From a virus: a stretch of 64,000 bases of DNA. The DNA lies in the IMG/VR virus record IMGVR_UViG_3300044641_001047, positions 12,497-76,496 of that record; one strand, given 5' to 3'. A program made the position numbers and the translations under genes. Of this stretch, positions 49,299-58,789 are shown piece by piece; within the stretch, counting starts at the first letter, position 1, and each line of letters opens with the position of its first letter. The notes beneath the pieces are model-generated. The model saw only the letters and a list, made by a program, of their open reading frames with translations, had not been told where the DNA came from and searched no databases.

Positions 49299-51266
49299 TT
49301 ATTTATACATCTTATCAAACCAATCATTGCTAGAGTTATCAGTGTCATTAAAGCTTAACTCCTTGTTGTACAGTTCTCTAGTGTGGTACATCCCCACCAT
49401 CAAAGCCATAACACGGTCAAAGTTACCTTTCCTATTAAACTTGATTAACTCTTGCAGCAATGCAAGGTCGTAAATCTTTTGCAAGTTAAGGGTAATATTG
49501 CCTTCTTCGTCAGCTCCCCTACCAGAAATTAACCAGTCTCTGATATAAAGTTCTCCCTGAGACTTTCTCTGCTCGGTCATGTGCATACCAAACTGACGTT
49601 TAACATTCTTACTTCGTAGTTCTTTCTTATCCAGCATTTCGAATTCCTCTTGCAGCAAGTGCATTTTACGAAATCTTTTGGCATAAGCTATTACTTCTCC
49701 TCGGTCATTTTCAAATCCTATCTTAGCATTGTAGTATTCTGCTAGCATAAATAGAGTTCTATTGTACTCATCCTGAGTCTGAGGACGGCCTACGTAAGAT
49801 GCTACGATTAAGTCATCTGGCTTAGACATGTTGTTGGGTACCTTAATAACATAAGCTGCTCCAAGAGAGCTCGAGCTTTCTGCCTTTCCCTGTGCATAGG
49901 GGTCATGGCAAATAACGTAGAGATTCTTTGGGGTTACTTCTTCTACCTCTGTTTTAAATGGAGGTTCGTAGATTACTACAGCCCCAGTTAAGTCATCATC
50001 TTTTCTATGAGGGAATTTAGATATAGGACGTAGATTATTGTTAGGGGTGAAGTCAGCTTTCCCTTTAGAGTTGTAATACATCTCTCCTACTACCCCGATA
50101 CTATCCAGATTACCAGATATGACTTTGTTGTACTGTTCTTTCAGGGAGTTAACGTCAAATGTATTGGCTGTTACTTGAAGTGTTGCTTCTTGAGGAGTAA
50201 AAGGATGTTCAGCTATATACTGATCGTAGGACTTAGGGTCATTCCCTTTCTTTTTCTTTTCTCTCTGCTCTTCTTCGTACTCAACTGCTTCGTTAACTAA
50301 GCTATTCCCATTCTCGTCTATAAATCCATCTAGATTCTTGTAGATTGGAACGAAGTAACCACAGATTGTCCCCATAGCCCCAGCATCCCAGTCGTTCTCA
50401 AACCCTAAACAGTTGTAAGCATCAGGGTGATAGAACAATTCTTCTAATCCCTCGAATCCAGGGCCCTCTTCTCCACCAGTTCCAAAGGCAATCATAGTTC
50501 CCAGTGTCTTAGAACCCTGTCTCATTGTAGGCATAGCTACCTCCCAAGCTTTAAGTAAGCCTGAGAATGAACCTGATTCTTCAAAGAAGATTAATTCCCC
50601 TGCTTTACCACGTATCTTGTCTGGGTCATCCTTTAGAGATACCCCAATTATCTGTGATTTAAACCCTAGAGTTACGTCAGCTCCGTTTACATTCTTCTTA
50701 TACCCTGATTGCTTGTGCATCTCACGGTCAATCAGACGTGGCTGTGTCCAAGCTGTGTTATCGTCTATGAAAGATATGATATCCCAAGCCTTAGACAGCA
50801 TTCCATCCCCAGTTAAGTACTGCTTATCCGATGCAAATACGAAGTTCTTACTATTCCGTAGGTGAAAGTAGTTCCTACATAGCATAGCTGCAGCTTTATA
50901 AGAGAATCCCTTACGTCTAGCCTTTAATACAACCATGTGTTTGTTCTCTCTTCTAGCCTTATCTACAGCATTAAAGTATTCAAAATCCCCATCATAAAAG
51001 GCTGGAAATGTCCTATCTCTCCTAGATATTATCTCCCCATCTGGCTGCTCTTCATCTATAATCCTGTCAATAGGACAGTAGTTAAGGTAGAAATAGTGGA
51101 ATCCTGATATCTTAACCCCATTTACCTCATAGCCATGCATGCATCTAAACTGTTCCCTATCCCAATAGTCGTAGTATTGCTTAGTTCCAGGTAGGGCATC
51201 AGTATAATGCCCATATTCGATATAGTGCTTAGCAACTTCTGAGAATAGATGGGTATCCTTTAACAT
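49299..51266 (-). CDS. terL: Terminase large subunit
   Basis: 655 aa; HYFYLNY, Walker A LKARRKGFSYK, Walker B LIFFEESG, FGTGG, nuclease HDPY and NFDRVMA. Confidence 0.93.
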   Translation of the reverse strand: MLKDTHLFSEVAKHYIEYGHYTDALPGTKQYYDYWDREQFRCMHGYEVNGVKISGFHYFYLNYCPIDRIIDEEQPDGEIISRRDRTFPAFYDGDFEYFNAVDKARRENKHMVVLKARRKGFSYKAAAMLCRNYFHLRNSKNFVFASDKQYLTGDGMLSKAWDIISFIDDNTAWTQPRLIDREMHKQSGYKKNVNGADVTLGFKSQIIGVSLKDDPDKIRGKAGELIFFEESGSFSGLLKAWEVAMPTMRQGSKTLGTMIAFGTGGEEGPGFEGLEELFYHPDAYNCLGFENDWDAGAMGTICGYFVPIYKNLDGFIDENGNSLVNEAVEYEEEQREKKKKGNDPKSYDQYIAEHPFTPQEATLQVTANTFDVNSLKEQYNKVISGNLDSIGVVGEMYYNSKGKADFTPNNNLRPISKFPHRKDDDLTGAVVIYEPPFKTEVEEVTPKNLYVICHDPYAQGKAESSSSLGAAYVIKVPNNMSKPDDLIVASYVGRPQTQDEYNRTLFMLAEYYNAKIGFENDRGEVIAYAKRFRKMHLLQEEFEMLDKKELRSKNVKRQFGMHMTEQRKSQGELYIRDWLISGRGADEEGNITLNLQKIYDLALLQELIKFNRKGNFDRVMALMVGMYHTRELYNKELSFNDTDNSSNDWFDKMYK

Positions 51267-51763
51267 TATTCACTGTATTTGTTAGTCTTAACCCCTGCTC
51301 TGTTAGGATTGTCCTTAGCCTGTTGCTTCTGTACCAGTTCTTCTAGTCTATCTAATCCTTCGATTACCTCTCCAATCTTAGATAGGTTAGCAACAAGGTC
51401 TTTTGCTTGGTAGAGAAGCTTCCCGTTCTCATCCATAGCTGTTAAGTCTATGTCTTTGAAGTACTTTTCTAGCTTGTTAACTGCAGACCTAGCAGACTTA
51501 AGTAGTTTGATAGCATGTGTATCGGCTAGTTCCCTATACTTCTGCAATCCTGCATGTAAGTTAGGGGTTGACTTGACTTTTAAGTCTTCAAGTAGCTTAT
51601 CTTTTCTCTCATTTTCATCATAGGCTGCGTAGCTGGACCTATGATCTGCAAAAAAGTAGATAAATGCTAACTCTTTAGTAGTTAACTTCTCGAATTCAGG
51701 GATAGTCAGCGCATAAGCTGACGGGATAACTACGTTATTATTTACTGTTAGCAAGTCTTTCAT
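51266..51763 (-). CDS. Conserved protein upstream of terL (candidate terminase small subunit)
   Basis: 165 aa, helical; stop codon overlaps the terL start. Confidence 0.5.
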   Translation of the reverse strand: MKDLLTVNNNVVIPSAYALTIPEFEKLTTKELAFIYFFADHRSSYAAYDENERKDKLLEDLKVKSTPNLHAGLQKYRELADTHAIKLLKSARSAVNKLEKYFKDIDLTAMDENGKLLYQAKDLVANLSKIGEVIEGLDRLEELVQKQQAKDNPNRAGVKTNKYSE

Positions 51764-51974
51764 TTTTACGCCTGGTTTTCTCGTTTAGATGGGCTATTCT
51801 TTCTGATTTAGCAGAGAATGCCCCAAAATATGGGAGTCTGATTGTAGCAAACCCCCCTTCTTTCATGATTTTAGCTACGTACTTAAACTGATAGTAGATA
51901 ATCTCCTCTACTTTCTGTAGTGGGAGGTTATGCTTGGTAGCTAACTTCTGAATGATTACTTTTTCTTTGTTCAT
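51738..51974 (-). CDS. HU/IHF-like DNA-binding protein
   Basis: 78 aa; IIQKLATKHNLP...VEEII...TIRLPYFGAF. Confidence 0.7.
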   Translation of the reverse strand: MNKEKVIIQKLATKHNLPLQKVEEIIYYQFKYVAKIMKEGGFATIRLPYFGAFSAKSERIAHLNEKTRRKNERLANSK

Positions 51975-52261
51975 TTCCGAAGATTAATCGGTTTTCCCGA
52001 CTTTCCTACTGAGACAGGCTTCCATCTAGAAGGTTCATCAGGACATTTGGCTGTTTGCCAGCTAGCTTTCTGCTCAATGTAGCATCCACATAGGCCACAC
52101 TGCTTAGTTTCTTCTTTCAAGTGTGGACATTCGTGACATGTTACTACTCTTTCCTCGTACTCTTCTTGAGTTACTGAGGGCATTCCAGCTGCAATGTACT
52201 CTGCAGATGCTTTTGCAAAGTTTGAAGCCATTTTAAGAAATGATGGGGTCTTTTTACTCAT
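51971..52261 (-). CDS. Cys-rich zinc-binding protein
   Basis: 96 aa; R..TCHECP...CGLCGC...KA......CP....W pattern. Confidence 0.65.
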   Translation of the reverse strand: MSKKTPSFLKMASNFAKASAEYIAAGMPSVTQEEYEERVVTCHECPHLKEETKQCGLCGCYIEQKASWQTAKCPDEPSRWKPVSVGKSGKPINLRK

Positions 52262-52404
52262 TCTTCTTCGATAATTGGTTCTACTAATTCTGTTAAATGC
52301 ATTCCTTCTACGTTCCCATATCCATCTTGTATCACCATTAGGGAGTAATACCCTATATAAAAGAAGGTGAGTACCTTAGTTGGGGGGATAAATACTGGAT
52401 TCAT
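52258..52404 (-). CDS. Small hypothetical protein (48 aa)
   Basis: Below the ORF-track cutoff: MNPVFIPPTKVLTFFYIGYYSLMVIQDGYGNVEGMHLTELVEPIIEEE*; ATGA overlaps with both neighbours fill the gap exactly. Confidence 0.65.
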   Translation of the reverse strand: MNPVFIPPTKVLTFFYIGYYSLMVIQDGYGNVEGMHLTELVEPIIEEE

Positions 52405-52730
52405 ACTGGGAGGATGTGTAATTCAACTGGCTCTCTCTTTAAGATAGCAGCTAATTCATACCCGTTCTTAGTTTGCGTGATTGCTCCCTTATCTTTCAAT
52501 CTTTTCACGTAGTTATTAAGGGTATTGTGGTCCTTAATTCCTAGCTTTTCCGATATCTTCTTCTTATTTGCTGGGGAGCATAGGTTGACAGTCTCGCTTG
52601 AATCAATGAATTCAGCTAAGACTTTAAGCTCAGTGTCTGTCAGCTCTAGTATCCCGTTAAATATCTGGAGAAATTTCTGGGTCGTATCCGTCTTGATTAC
52701 GATTCTCCGTACTTTCTGTTGATTCTTCAT
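52401..52730 (-). CDS. Winged-helix DNA-binding protein (RepL-like)
   Basis: 109 aa; LTDTELKVLA...KKISEKLGI...TLNNYVKRLKDKGAI. Confidence 0.7.
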   Translation of the reverse strand: MKNQQKVRRIVIKTDTTQKFLQIFNGILELTDTELKVLAEFIDSSETVNLCSPANKKKISEKLGIKDHNTLNNYVKRLKDKGAITQTKNGYELAAILKREPVELHILPV

Positions 52731-52962
52731 TTGTAATTTGGATTTTAGCTCGTCCTTCGACTATCTTAATCTTACATCTTTTAGAGTAACTGTTGAATTC
52801 CTCAACATGATCGTCAATATTCTCTCTAGTTATTAGAAAAGAGAGAAAAACCTCCAATTCCTTGGCGGCTTTTACGATCTCATCCGTTACTTTATTCCCT
52901 GATTCTGCTTGTTTACGAAGGGCTTCAAAGTCAGCTAGGGAAATTGTTACTGTCCCTACCAT
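52657..52962 (-). CDS. Hypothetical protein
   Basis: 101 aa; GTVTISLADFEAL N-terminus. Confidence 0.6.
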   Translation of the reverse strand: MVGTVTISLADFEALRKQAESGNKVTDEIVKAAKELEVFLSFLITRENIDDHVEEFNSYSKRCKIKIVEGRAKIQITNEESTESTENRNQDGYDPEISPDI

Positions 52963-52966
52963 TCTT

Positions 52967-53236
52967 TTACTTGTTAATTACCCCAAGAAGCATGAATTCA
53001 TTTACCATTACATACTCGTTGCCATCTACTTCGATGAGTACTCCTGTAGTTTCAGGGTGTACGTACACGGTATCTCCTTGCTTGACTTGCTTGCACTCAG
53101 GGCCAGCCTTTAGTACTTCAAGGATGTTAGACTTAAGTGAACTAGCAGCTTGCTCTGATAAAAGAATTCCGCTGTCTGTTACTTTCTTGTTTGGGATTGG
53201 GAGAACTACCCAATCTCTGGTAGGATTAAAGTTCAT
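52967..53236 (-). CDS. groES: Co-chaperonin GroES (Cpn10)
   Basis: Start revised to MNFNPTRDWVV; mobile loop TDSGILL, VLKAGP, VKQGDTV, EVDGNEYVMVNE..LLGV. Confidence 0.85.
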   Translation of the reverse strand: MNFNPTRDWVVLPIPNKKVTDSGILLSEQAASSLKSNILEVLKAGPECKQVKQGDTVYVHPETTGVLIEVDGNEYVMVNEFMLLGVINK

Positions 53237-53254
53237 ATTACGTTTGGTTTTATG

Positions 53255-53262
53255 CAAATGTA
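53255..53262 (-). promoter_or_regulatory. Bacteroidota sigma70 -7 element (TACATTTG)
   Basis: TAnnTTTG match in the gap upstream of groES. Confidence 0.6.
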
Positions 53263-53292
53263 ATAAGACTTTTTATATAGTCAATACTTTTA

Positions 53293-53748
53293 TTAAAAAA
53301 TTGCAAAATAAGCTGTAGTTAAGGCTAGGCCTCCTACTCCGATAGTCAGGATGGTGTTTTCTAGCTTAAGAACCTTAACTTGCTTCTTAAGATCATTGAC
53401 TTTATTCTCGTTTTCAGTCTTAAGTTTAGTCTCAACTGCTACTTTGTTTTCATATACGATTTGTAGGTCTTGGACACTAGTAGCCTGTACCCCTGTTATC
53501 TTGGAGTAGTAGTCAATCTTTTCCTTTTGGATGTTGTACAGCCTCTCCATCCTGGAGGCGGCATCGTACCAGTACATCATCGAGTTAAAGTTGAGGTTAA
53601 TTAAGCTCGTTTGGTATGTTGATAGTGCGGGAAAAGAATCCAGCTTTGAGGAGGGAGTCTGAAACTTTAAGGACTTCTGCGAGCTTGCGGTTAGCACCAC
53701 GAGCATCAGCACTAAGGATATTGTAAACCTCTTGATTGTAGTATTCAT
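53293..53748 (-). CDS. Spanin-like component (signal peptide, coiled coil, C-terminal TM)
   Basis: MNTTIKRFTISLVLMLVVLTASS signal; terminal ILTIGVGGLALTTAYFAIF; overlaps the upstream gene by ~150 nt. Confidence 0.5.
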   Translation of the reverse strand: MNTTIKRFTISLVLMLVVLTASSQKSLKFQTPSSKLDSFPALSTYQTSLINLNFNSMMYWYDAASRMERLYNIQKEKIDYYSKITGVQATSVQDLQIVYENKVAVETKLKTENENKVNDLKKQVKVLKLENTILTIGVGGLALTTAYFAIF

Positions 53749-53998
53749 TGACAACTGATTGTTTGTTAATTATCGTATCTGATAGTAGATCTAGTGAGTC
53801 TATCTTAAGGTATAGAGAATCTATCTTAATTGAGTTCTCCATTACCTCTTGCATTAAGCTATCATTGATCTCCTCTAGTCTATCCTGCAGTGGATCGCTA
53901 TCCTCCTTCTTACAAGTTTTAACTGTGATAGCAATTGCTATAAGAAGCAGTGTAGCTGATAACGCTTGAATTACTTTGATTGTTACGCTTTTTTCCAT
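53597..53998 (-). CDS. Spanin-like component (N-terminal TM/lipoprotein-like Cys, coiled coil)
   Basis: 133 aa; LLLIAIAITVKTC followed by a coiled coil; downstream of the endolysin. Confidence 0.5.
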   Translation of the reverse strand: MEKSVTIKVIQALSATLLLIAIAITVKTCKKEDSDPLQDRLEEINDSLMQEVMENSIKIDSLYLKIDSLDLLSDTIINKQSVVNEYYNQEVYNILSADARGANRKLAEVLKVSDSLLKAGFFSRTINIPNELN

Positions 53999-54552
53999 CT
54001 GGTTATGTGTAAGTTTCGTGACAATGGACGTACTTTTCTAAATACCCCATCCCCTGTTCTTGAGTCTCTAGTCCCTCTTTCGTTAGTATTCCCTTCTATG
54101 GTTCTAACTGAGTGTTTCCCTATTAGTTCTACTACGCCTGTATGCCCGATACCTTTGTATCTAGTCCTGTCATACCCATAGCTTAAAGTCATGATTAACA
54201 CGTCAGCTGGATTATAGTTTTGCTTAAACTTTCCATCCGTGAATATCACATCTTTTCTATTGTACGCAGTTGGGGCCCACCCAGTTATAGTGTTAGGGAT
54301 GTCACACTCATCTAGTACCCCCATGACAAAGAAGCTACACCAAGCATAACCTGGTTTCCATCCTTGCTTCTCCATTAGTCTACGAAAATACTTATCCGTA
54401 AACCCCTTGTTATTCCCACCTTTCTCGCTAATTCCAATGAAAGCTTCTGCAGTTAATCTTACGCAGTAGCCGTCATTACTAACCAAAGGATTAGTAGGAA
54501 GGATAAGAGAAATCCAAAGTAAACAAGCAGATATAATTTTATTTTTTGCCAT
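53983..54552 (-). CDS. CHAP-domain endolysin with N-terminal signal/anchor
   Basis: 189 aa; AWCSFFV, GHTGVV and TIEGNT catalytic motifs. Confidence 0.85.
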   Translation of the reverse strand: MAKNKIISACLLWISLILPTNPLVSNDGYCVRLTAEAFIGISEKGGNNKGFTDKYFRRLMEKQGWKPGYAWCSFFVMGVLDECDIPNTITGWAPTAYNRKDVIFTDGKFKQNYNPADVLIMTLSYGYDRTRYKGIGHTGVVELIGKHSVRTIEGNTNERGTRDSRTGDGVFRKVRPLSRNLHITRWKKA

Positions 54553-54839
54553 GTGGTTAGCTCTGTCTTTGCATAGTACTTCAAGTCTTTCGAGTAGAAG
54601 TCCTTTTGCAATTGTCTAAAGTTAAAGTTAATTCCAAGGAATACTACAAAGTTAGCAAATACAAGGATTAATGCAGCCATTAAAACTTGTTGCAAGTACT
54701 CGATAGATATAAGTGGATCCCCAAAGTAGACTGAGCTTATGTACCCAAACGCTGTGAAGGCTACGAAAGCCAGTGGGATGGACCACAATCCGTCAAAGAG
54801 TTGTAGTTTATACTTGATTGCTTTTATTAAATCTTTCAT
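54459..54839 (-). CDS. Holin (three TM segments)
   Basis: 126 aa; three hydrophobic segments; overlaps the endolysin start. Confidence 0.6.
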   Translation of the reverse strand: MKDLIKAIKYKLQLFDGLWSIPLAFVAFTAFGYISSVYFGDPLISIEYLQQVLMAALILVFANFVVFLGINFNFRQLQKDFYSKDLKYYAKTELTTWQKIKLYLLVYFGFLLSFLLILWLVMTATA

Positions 54840-55897
54840 ATGAATAAGTCTTTGGTCATTGTATCTAAATATAGCTGTGAACCGTTAGTCTCGTTCTTTC
54901 CTTGAGCAGGAAGGAACTCATAGTCAAACACTAGTCTGCTATTTGGGGGATAAGTTAAAGTGTTAGTTATTGCATCATACACAACTTTGTCCCCCTTCTG
55001 CAAGTTTAAGGTTGAATCCTGATTTGATGCAAATGTTTTATCCCACGCAGTCCCGAATACGTTGGTTCCGGTCTTTGTGAACTTATCATTGTACAGCTTC
55101 CACCTACACACGAAGTCCGGGAGTTTTTGAAAGTACGAGCTAATAAGAGTTGTGTACGGAATATCTTTGCTAAGTATCCCGTTAATGTACGCTTCTCCCT
55201 TCACCGTATCTTCATCTACAATCACAATATCTGAGGCTATATTTAAGCAGTGAGTATCATGACTCTTAAACTCTACATGCCATGTAGTCCCAAACGCTGC
55301 AGCTAACTGTAAGTCAGTAAACCCTGTTTTTCTTTTAAGTTCAGCTATTGTGTACTTAGGGTACGATTTGCTGAATCGGGTGGGATTGGGTGTAGATGTG
55401 GTTTTGATAAATGTTTTTCTTAAGATAGACCTCCACGTGATGTTCTCATCGTGTGGGTAGTACACCCCGAAGTAGTTGTTAAAGCCCTGCTCGTAGTAGA
55501 AGTTGTAGTTATATCCATTAGCTGTTGGAACGATAGATATTTCATTCCATCCTACCCAACTTGTCTGTGTATCAGATATAGTTATCTCCTGGAATGGCCG
55601 ATAGAGAGTAAATGAATTATTCTCCATGCTAACCAATTCCATATTACTAGAATGCAAGTGAATAGCAACTAAGTTTAGTGGGTAAGCCCCGAATAAAGAT
55701 TCAGATGACTCGATGACATAGCTAAATGTAGTCGTAGGTTCAGACTTCCCAGTTGTGGGATTCTTCACCATCTTAGTAAAATCCATTAAGCAGTGTTCAA
55801 TTAGAGTCTTAGTTGTTCTCTTGTTGATCTGTCCGTTAATCGCTCCTAGCTCTGTTGGGAGGTTAAGGAGTCTTAGTGATTTTTCTAAATTTTGCAT
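54836..55897 (-). CDS. Hypothetical protein
   Basis: 353 aa intact ORF coupled to both neighbours; no motif recognised. Confidence 0.6.
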   Translation of the reverse strand: MQNLEKSLRLLNLPTELGAINGQINKRTTKTLIEHCLMDFTKMVKNPTTGKSEPTTTFSYVIESSESLFGAYPLNLVAIHLHSSNMELVSMENNSFTLYRPFQEITISDTQTSWVGWNEISIVPTANGYNYNFYYEQGFNNYFGVYYPHDENITWRSILRKTFIKTTSTPNPTRFSKSYPKYTIAELKRKTGFTDLQLAAAFGTTWHVEFKSHDTHCLNIASDIVIVDEDTVKGEAYINGILSKDIPYTTLISSYFQKLPDFVCRWKLYNDKFTKTGTNVFGTAWDKTFASNQDSTLNLQKGDKVVYDAITNTLTYPPNSRLVFDYEFLPAQGKNETNGSQLYLDTMTKDLFI

Positions 55898-56094
55898 TAT
55901 TCTGGATTTATTGGTTCTTCTGGAATTATAGGTTCGGGATCTGGAATAGGTTCTATTGGACTATTTAGATCGGGAACCAAATTGTTGCATACTTTACAAA
56001 TATAAGTTCTATATAAGTCAGGAGTTACTACCTCAACATCTATATACCCTATCTCTGTTGAGCATACGCTACAAGTCATTATTATCCTTTCCAT
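55897..56094 (-). CDS. Small Zn-ribbon protein (possible fibre assembly factor)
   Basis: Start revised to MERIIMTC, 1 nt after the fibre gene stop; CxxC...CxxC with a P/E-rich tail. Confidence 0.55.
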   Translation of the reverse strand: MERIIMTCSVCSTEIGYIDVEVVTPDLYRTYICKVCNNLVPDLNSPIEPIPDPEPIIPEEPINPE

Positions 56095-56095
56095 A

Positions 56096-58477
56096 TTATG
56101 ATGAGAATGTACAGGTTCCACCAGCCCCACCCGCACTACCAGCTGTAGTTGTCGGTATAGCTGGGATAGCCCCTGAGTTACCTGTTCCGTTTACTTGAGT
56201 AATTGTATTATTTCCTAAGCATATAGCGGTTATTCTTCCACCACTTCCACCTTGTCCTCCTTGCCCACCAGTACCAGTTCCAAGACCATTACCTCCGTTA
56301 CCACCTGTTCCTCCGTTAGCTGAAACAAAAGTAAACGATCCCCCTGTTATAGTTCCATAAACAAGATAGACGTATCCACCTCCTCCAGCTCCTGCACCAC
56401 CAGATCCAGCTGTATTGTTAAATGTAACAGAAAATCCAGAACCACCATTTCCACCTCTTGATGCAATAGCATTTGAAGCTGTACTTGCCCCAACTATAAT
56501 GTTTCTTGCATAAACAATAGTGTTTCCACCTCCACCGCCTCCGGCTCCTCCTCCCCCACCACTAGCAACTGCTGACGAACCTCCCCCGCCACCACCACCA
56601 CCGTGTCTTCCTCCTACGGCATTTGTTGTAGTCGGTGTACCTAATGTATTCTGTGTAGTTCTAGATAAAAATGCAAGACTTTGTACAAATGTCCTAACAA
56701 CAAAAGTACCTGCTGCAATTGCTTGTCCAGCTCCTCCCACAGCTCCTGTACCAATAGCGCTATCTCCCCCTTCTCCTCCTGATCCCCCAGCTCCTCCTGT
56801 TACTGGAGATGTAGCTTGTGCAGTTTGAATACCTGCTGCGGCATTGTTTAAATTAGCCTGTGCCCCATTTCCTCCATTACCTCCTCTGTAGAGCAGGTTA
56901 CTTCCACTACCTCCTGAATAATATCCTGAAGTAGTTACTCCATATCCGCCTCTTCCAAAAGTCCCCGGACTTCCATTAGATGCTCCTGTAGCACCAGTTG
57001 AAGAAGCCCCCACATACCCATTATTAGATATTGCATTAGACCCTGCATTAGATAAATCTAAAGTACCATTTACAAATAGTCTATAACCAGCAAGGTCTAT
57101 AGCTCCTGCACCACTAATGGTAAGGTCGGTGTAGTATGTATCTTCAGTTAAACTTATTGCTCCTGTAATAGTACCAGCTCCATTTGATCCATCCCCAAAT
57201 ACACTTATCTGTGATAATGCTGTTTGGTTAGCTGGGGTATAGCCAAGTATAGTTGAGATACTCTTAGGCTTCCATAAGTCAGGAGTTGTACTAGTATCAA
57301 AAACAAGTACGTCGTTATTTACAGGGGCAGTAGATACTAAGTCTACATTGTGTATTTCGTCTAGCTCATACCCATTCTGTGGTTTGATATAGATCTGACC
57401 ATTCCCTGCGTTTGCCCTCTCTACAATCCCGATATATACTAAGTGGTTTGGGGCATAAGGCTTTATCTTTGTCAGTGTCCCAGCTGTTGCCCCTAAGTAC
57501 AACTGATCCCCAGGGTTATAAGCTGCTGTGTTTACCCCTGAGATAACTCCTTGAGTAATTATAAATCCTCTTTGGTTTGGGGCAATTGATGTAGAGAACA
57601 CAACCCCAACTGTTTGTGCTGATGTAGCATCTGATGAGTTATTGGCTAGCTTAACACTCATCCTATTCCCAGCTGCCCCAAAGGCATACACAGGTTGTCC
57701 CTTGTTTATCGTAACTGAGTCATCGTTAGTTACATAAGCAAAGAGTTGGTTAGGGGCTACCCCAAGAGTTTGGAAGTTAGTCCCATCATAGATGATAATC
57801 AAATCTTGCCCCGATACGATATCTCCCCCAGTAAGCTGAACATTAAACTCTTTAACTAGGGTTTTAACCCCCAACCCATTGATGTTGATATCAGAGTCTG
57901 CATCATTCCCGTTAGTAAACTTGATGATGTAAGCATCCCCATCTGTGTAACTAGTTACTCCTGAGATAGTTACAGTATAGTTATTGGTTCCAGAGGCAAC
58001 TCCATAAGGCATTCCACCACTAGTTCCAGTAGCGTTAATAGTAAAGTTAGGGTAAGTCCCAGTTACATTTATCCCCGTTCCGTTGTTTAAAACGACAGTT
58101 TGGTCTGGGGCTGTGTTGGTTACAGTGAATGTTCCCGACGTGGTTATAGGCCCAGCAGGAGATACTGATATACCTGTTCCCCCATCTACATCTATAGAGG
58201 ATACCCCACCCCCACCTCCTCCTGTAGCAGCAATGGTTAATATCCCTGAGTTATTAGTGATAGTAACCCCACTCCCAGCTACAATAAGATCAGTTAGGTA
58301 CTTAAATCTAAATGCATCTCTACGTAGTTTGTTAGTATAAGATGTAAGGACTTGGTTAGGATAGATGTTATCTGTCCTTTTGTAATACAGCTCATTAGTT
58401 GTATCTACATCAAGAAGCTGCTTAAGGCTAATATCAACCTTAACTATCTTACTTTGTTTATAAAACGGGGATTGCAT
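56096..58477 (-). CDS. Tail fibre / receptor-binding protein with glycine-rich C-terminal domain
   Basis: 793 aa; AGSGVTIT, TNTAPDQTVVL and GQIYIKPQNGYELDEIHNV motifs; poly-Gly repeats. Confidence 0.8.
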   Translation of the reverse strand: MQSPFYKQSKIVKVDISLKQLLDVDTTNELYYKRTDNIYPNQVLTSYTNKLRRDAFRFKYLTDLIVAGSGVTITNNSGILTIAATGGGGGGVSSIDVDGGTGISVSPAGPITTSGTFTVTNTAPDQTVVLNNGTGINVTGTYPNFTINATGTSGGMPYGVASGTNNYTVTISGVTSYTDGDAYIIKFTNGNDADSDININGLGVKTLVKEFNVQLTGGDIVSGQDLIIIYDGTNFQTLGVAPNQLFAYVTNDDSVTINKGQPVYAFGAAGNRMSVKLANNSSDATSAQTVGVVFSTSIAPNQRGFIITQGVISGVNTAAYNPGDQLYLGATAGTLTKIKPYAPNHLVYIGIVERANAGNGQIYIKPQNGYELDEIHNVDLVSTAPVNNDVLVFDTSTTPDLWKPKSISTILGYTPANQTALSQISVFGDGSNGAGTITGAISLTEDTYYTDLTISGAGAIDLAGYRLFVNGTLDLSNAGSNAISNNGYVGASSTGATGASNGSPGTFGRGGYGVTTSGYYSGGSGSNLLYRGGNGGNGAQANLNNAAAGIQTAQATSPVTGGAGGSGGEGGDSAIGTGAVGGAGQAIAAGTFVVRTFVQSLAFLSRTTQNTLGTPTTTNAVGGRHGGGGGGGGSSAVASGGGGGAGGGGGGNTIVYARNIIVGASTASNAIASRGGNGGSGFSVTFNNTAGSGGAGAGGGGYVYLVYGTITGGSFTFVSANGGTGGNGGNGLGTGTGGQGGQGGSGGRITAICLGNNTITQVNGTGNSGAIPAIPTTTAGSAGGAGGTCTFSS

Positions 58478-58484
58478 TCTATTA

Positions 58485-58715
58485 CTAGTTCTTCTTAACT
58501 TGAGCTTGTATTCTAAGGTGTGTCTTTTCTTGTTCTGCAGCCATTATCCCCATAATCCCCCTGAGTTCTTCGTAGCTAAATTGGCATACAAACTTCTCAT
58601 CCTCATCTAGGAACTGCACAACTTTATCGTCTATGTACACTAGCATATAAGTTAGAGACTCATCCCCTTCGGTAAACGGAGGTTGGTACATCCCTGCTTT
58701 AATGTTAGTTGCCAT
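58485..58715 (-). CDS. Hypothetical protein
   Basis: Start revised to MATNIKAG (58715); preceded by promoter-like TACCTTTA at 58731-58738. Confidence 0.6.
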   Translation of the reverse strand: MATNIKAGMYQPPFTEGDESLTYMLVYIDDKVVQFLDEDEKFVCQFSYEELRGIMGIMAAEQEKTHLRIQAQVKKN

Positions 58716-58789
58716 TTCTGAAAATTTAGATAAAGGTAAGGATAATTTCCCAAATGGGCACACCTATCCCCTTAGAGATTTTTTTGTTT

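Noticed and set aside
1879-51266. Introns or inteins in vRNAP, MCP, portal or terminase
   Set aside because: The ORFs are uninterrupted; no intein termini or homing-endonuclease motifs were recognised.
1098-58340. Many short plus-strand and alternative-frame ORFs in the track (e.g. 21619-22212, 14767-15327, 1280-1501)
   Set aside because: They are antisense or frame shadows of long real genes, with composition mirroring low-complexity regions.
56096-58477. Diversity-generating retroelement target in the tail fibre
   Set aside because: No reverse transcriptase and no template/variable repeat pair seen in the window.
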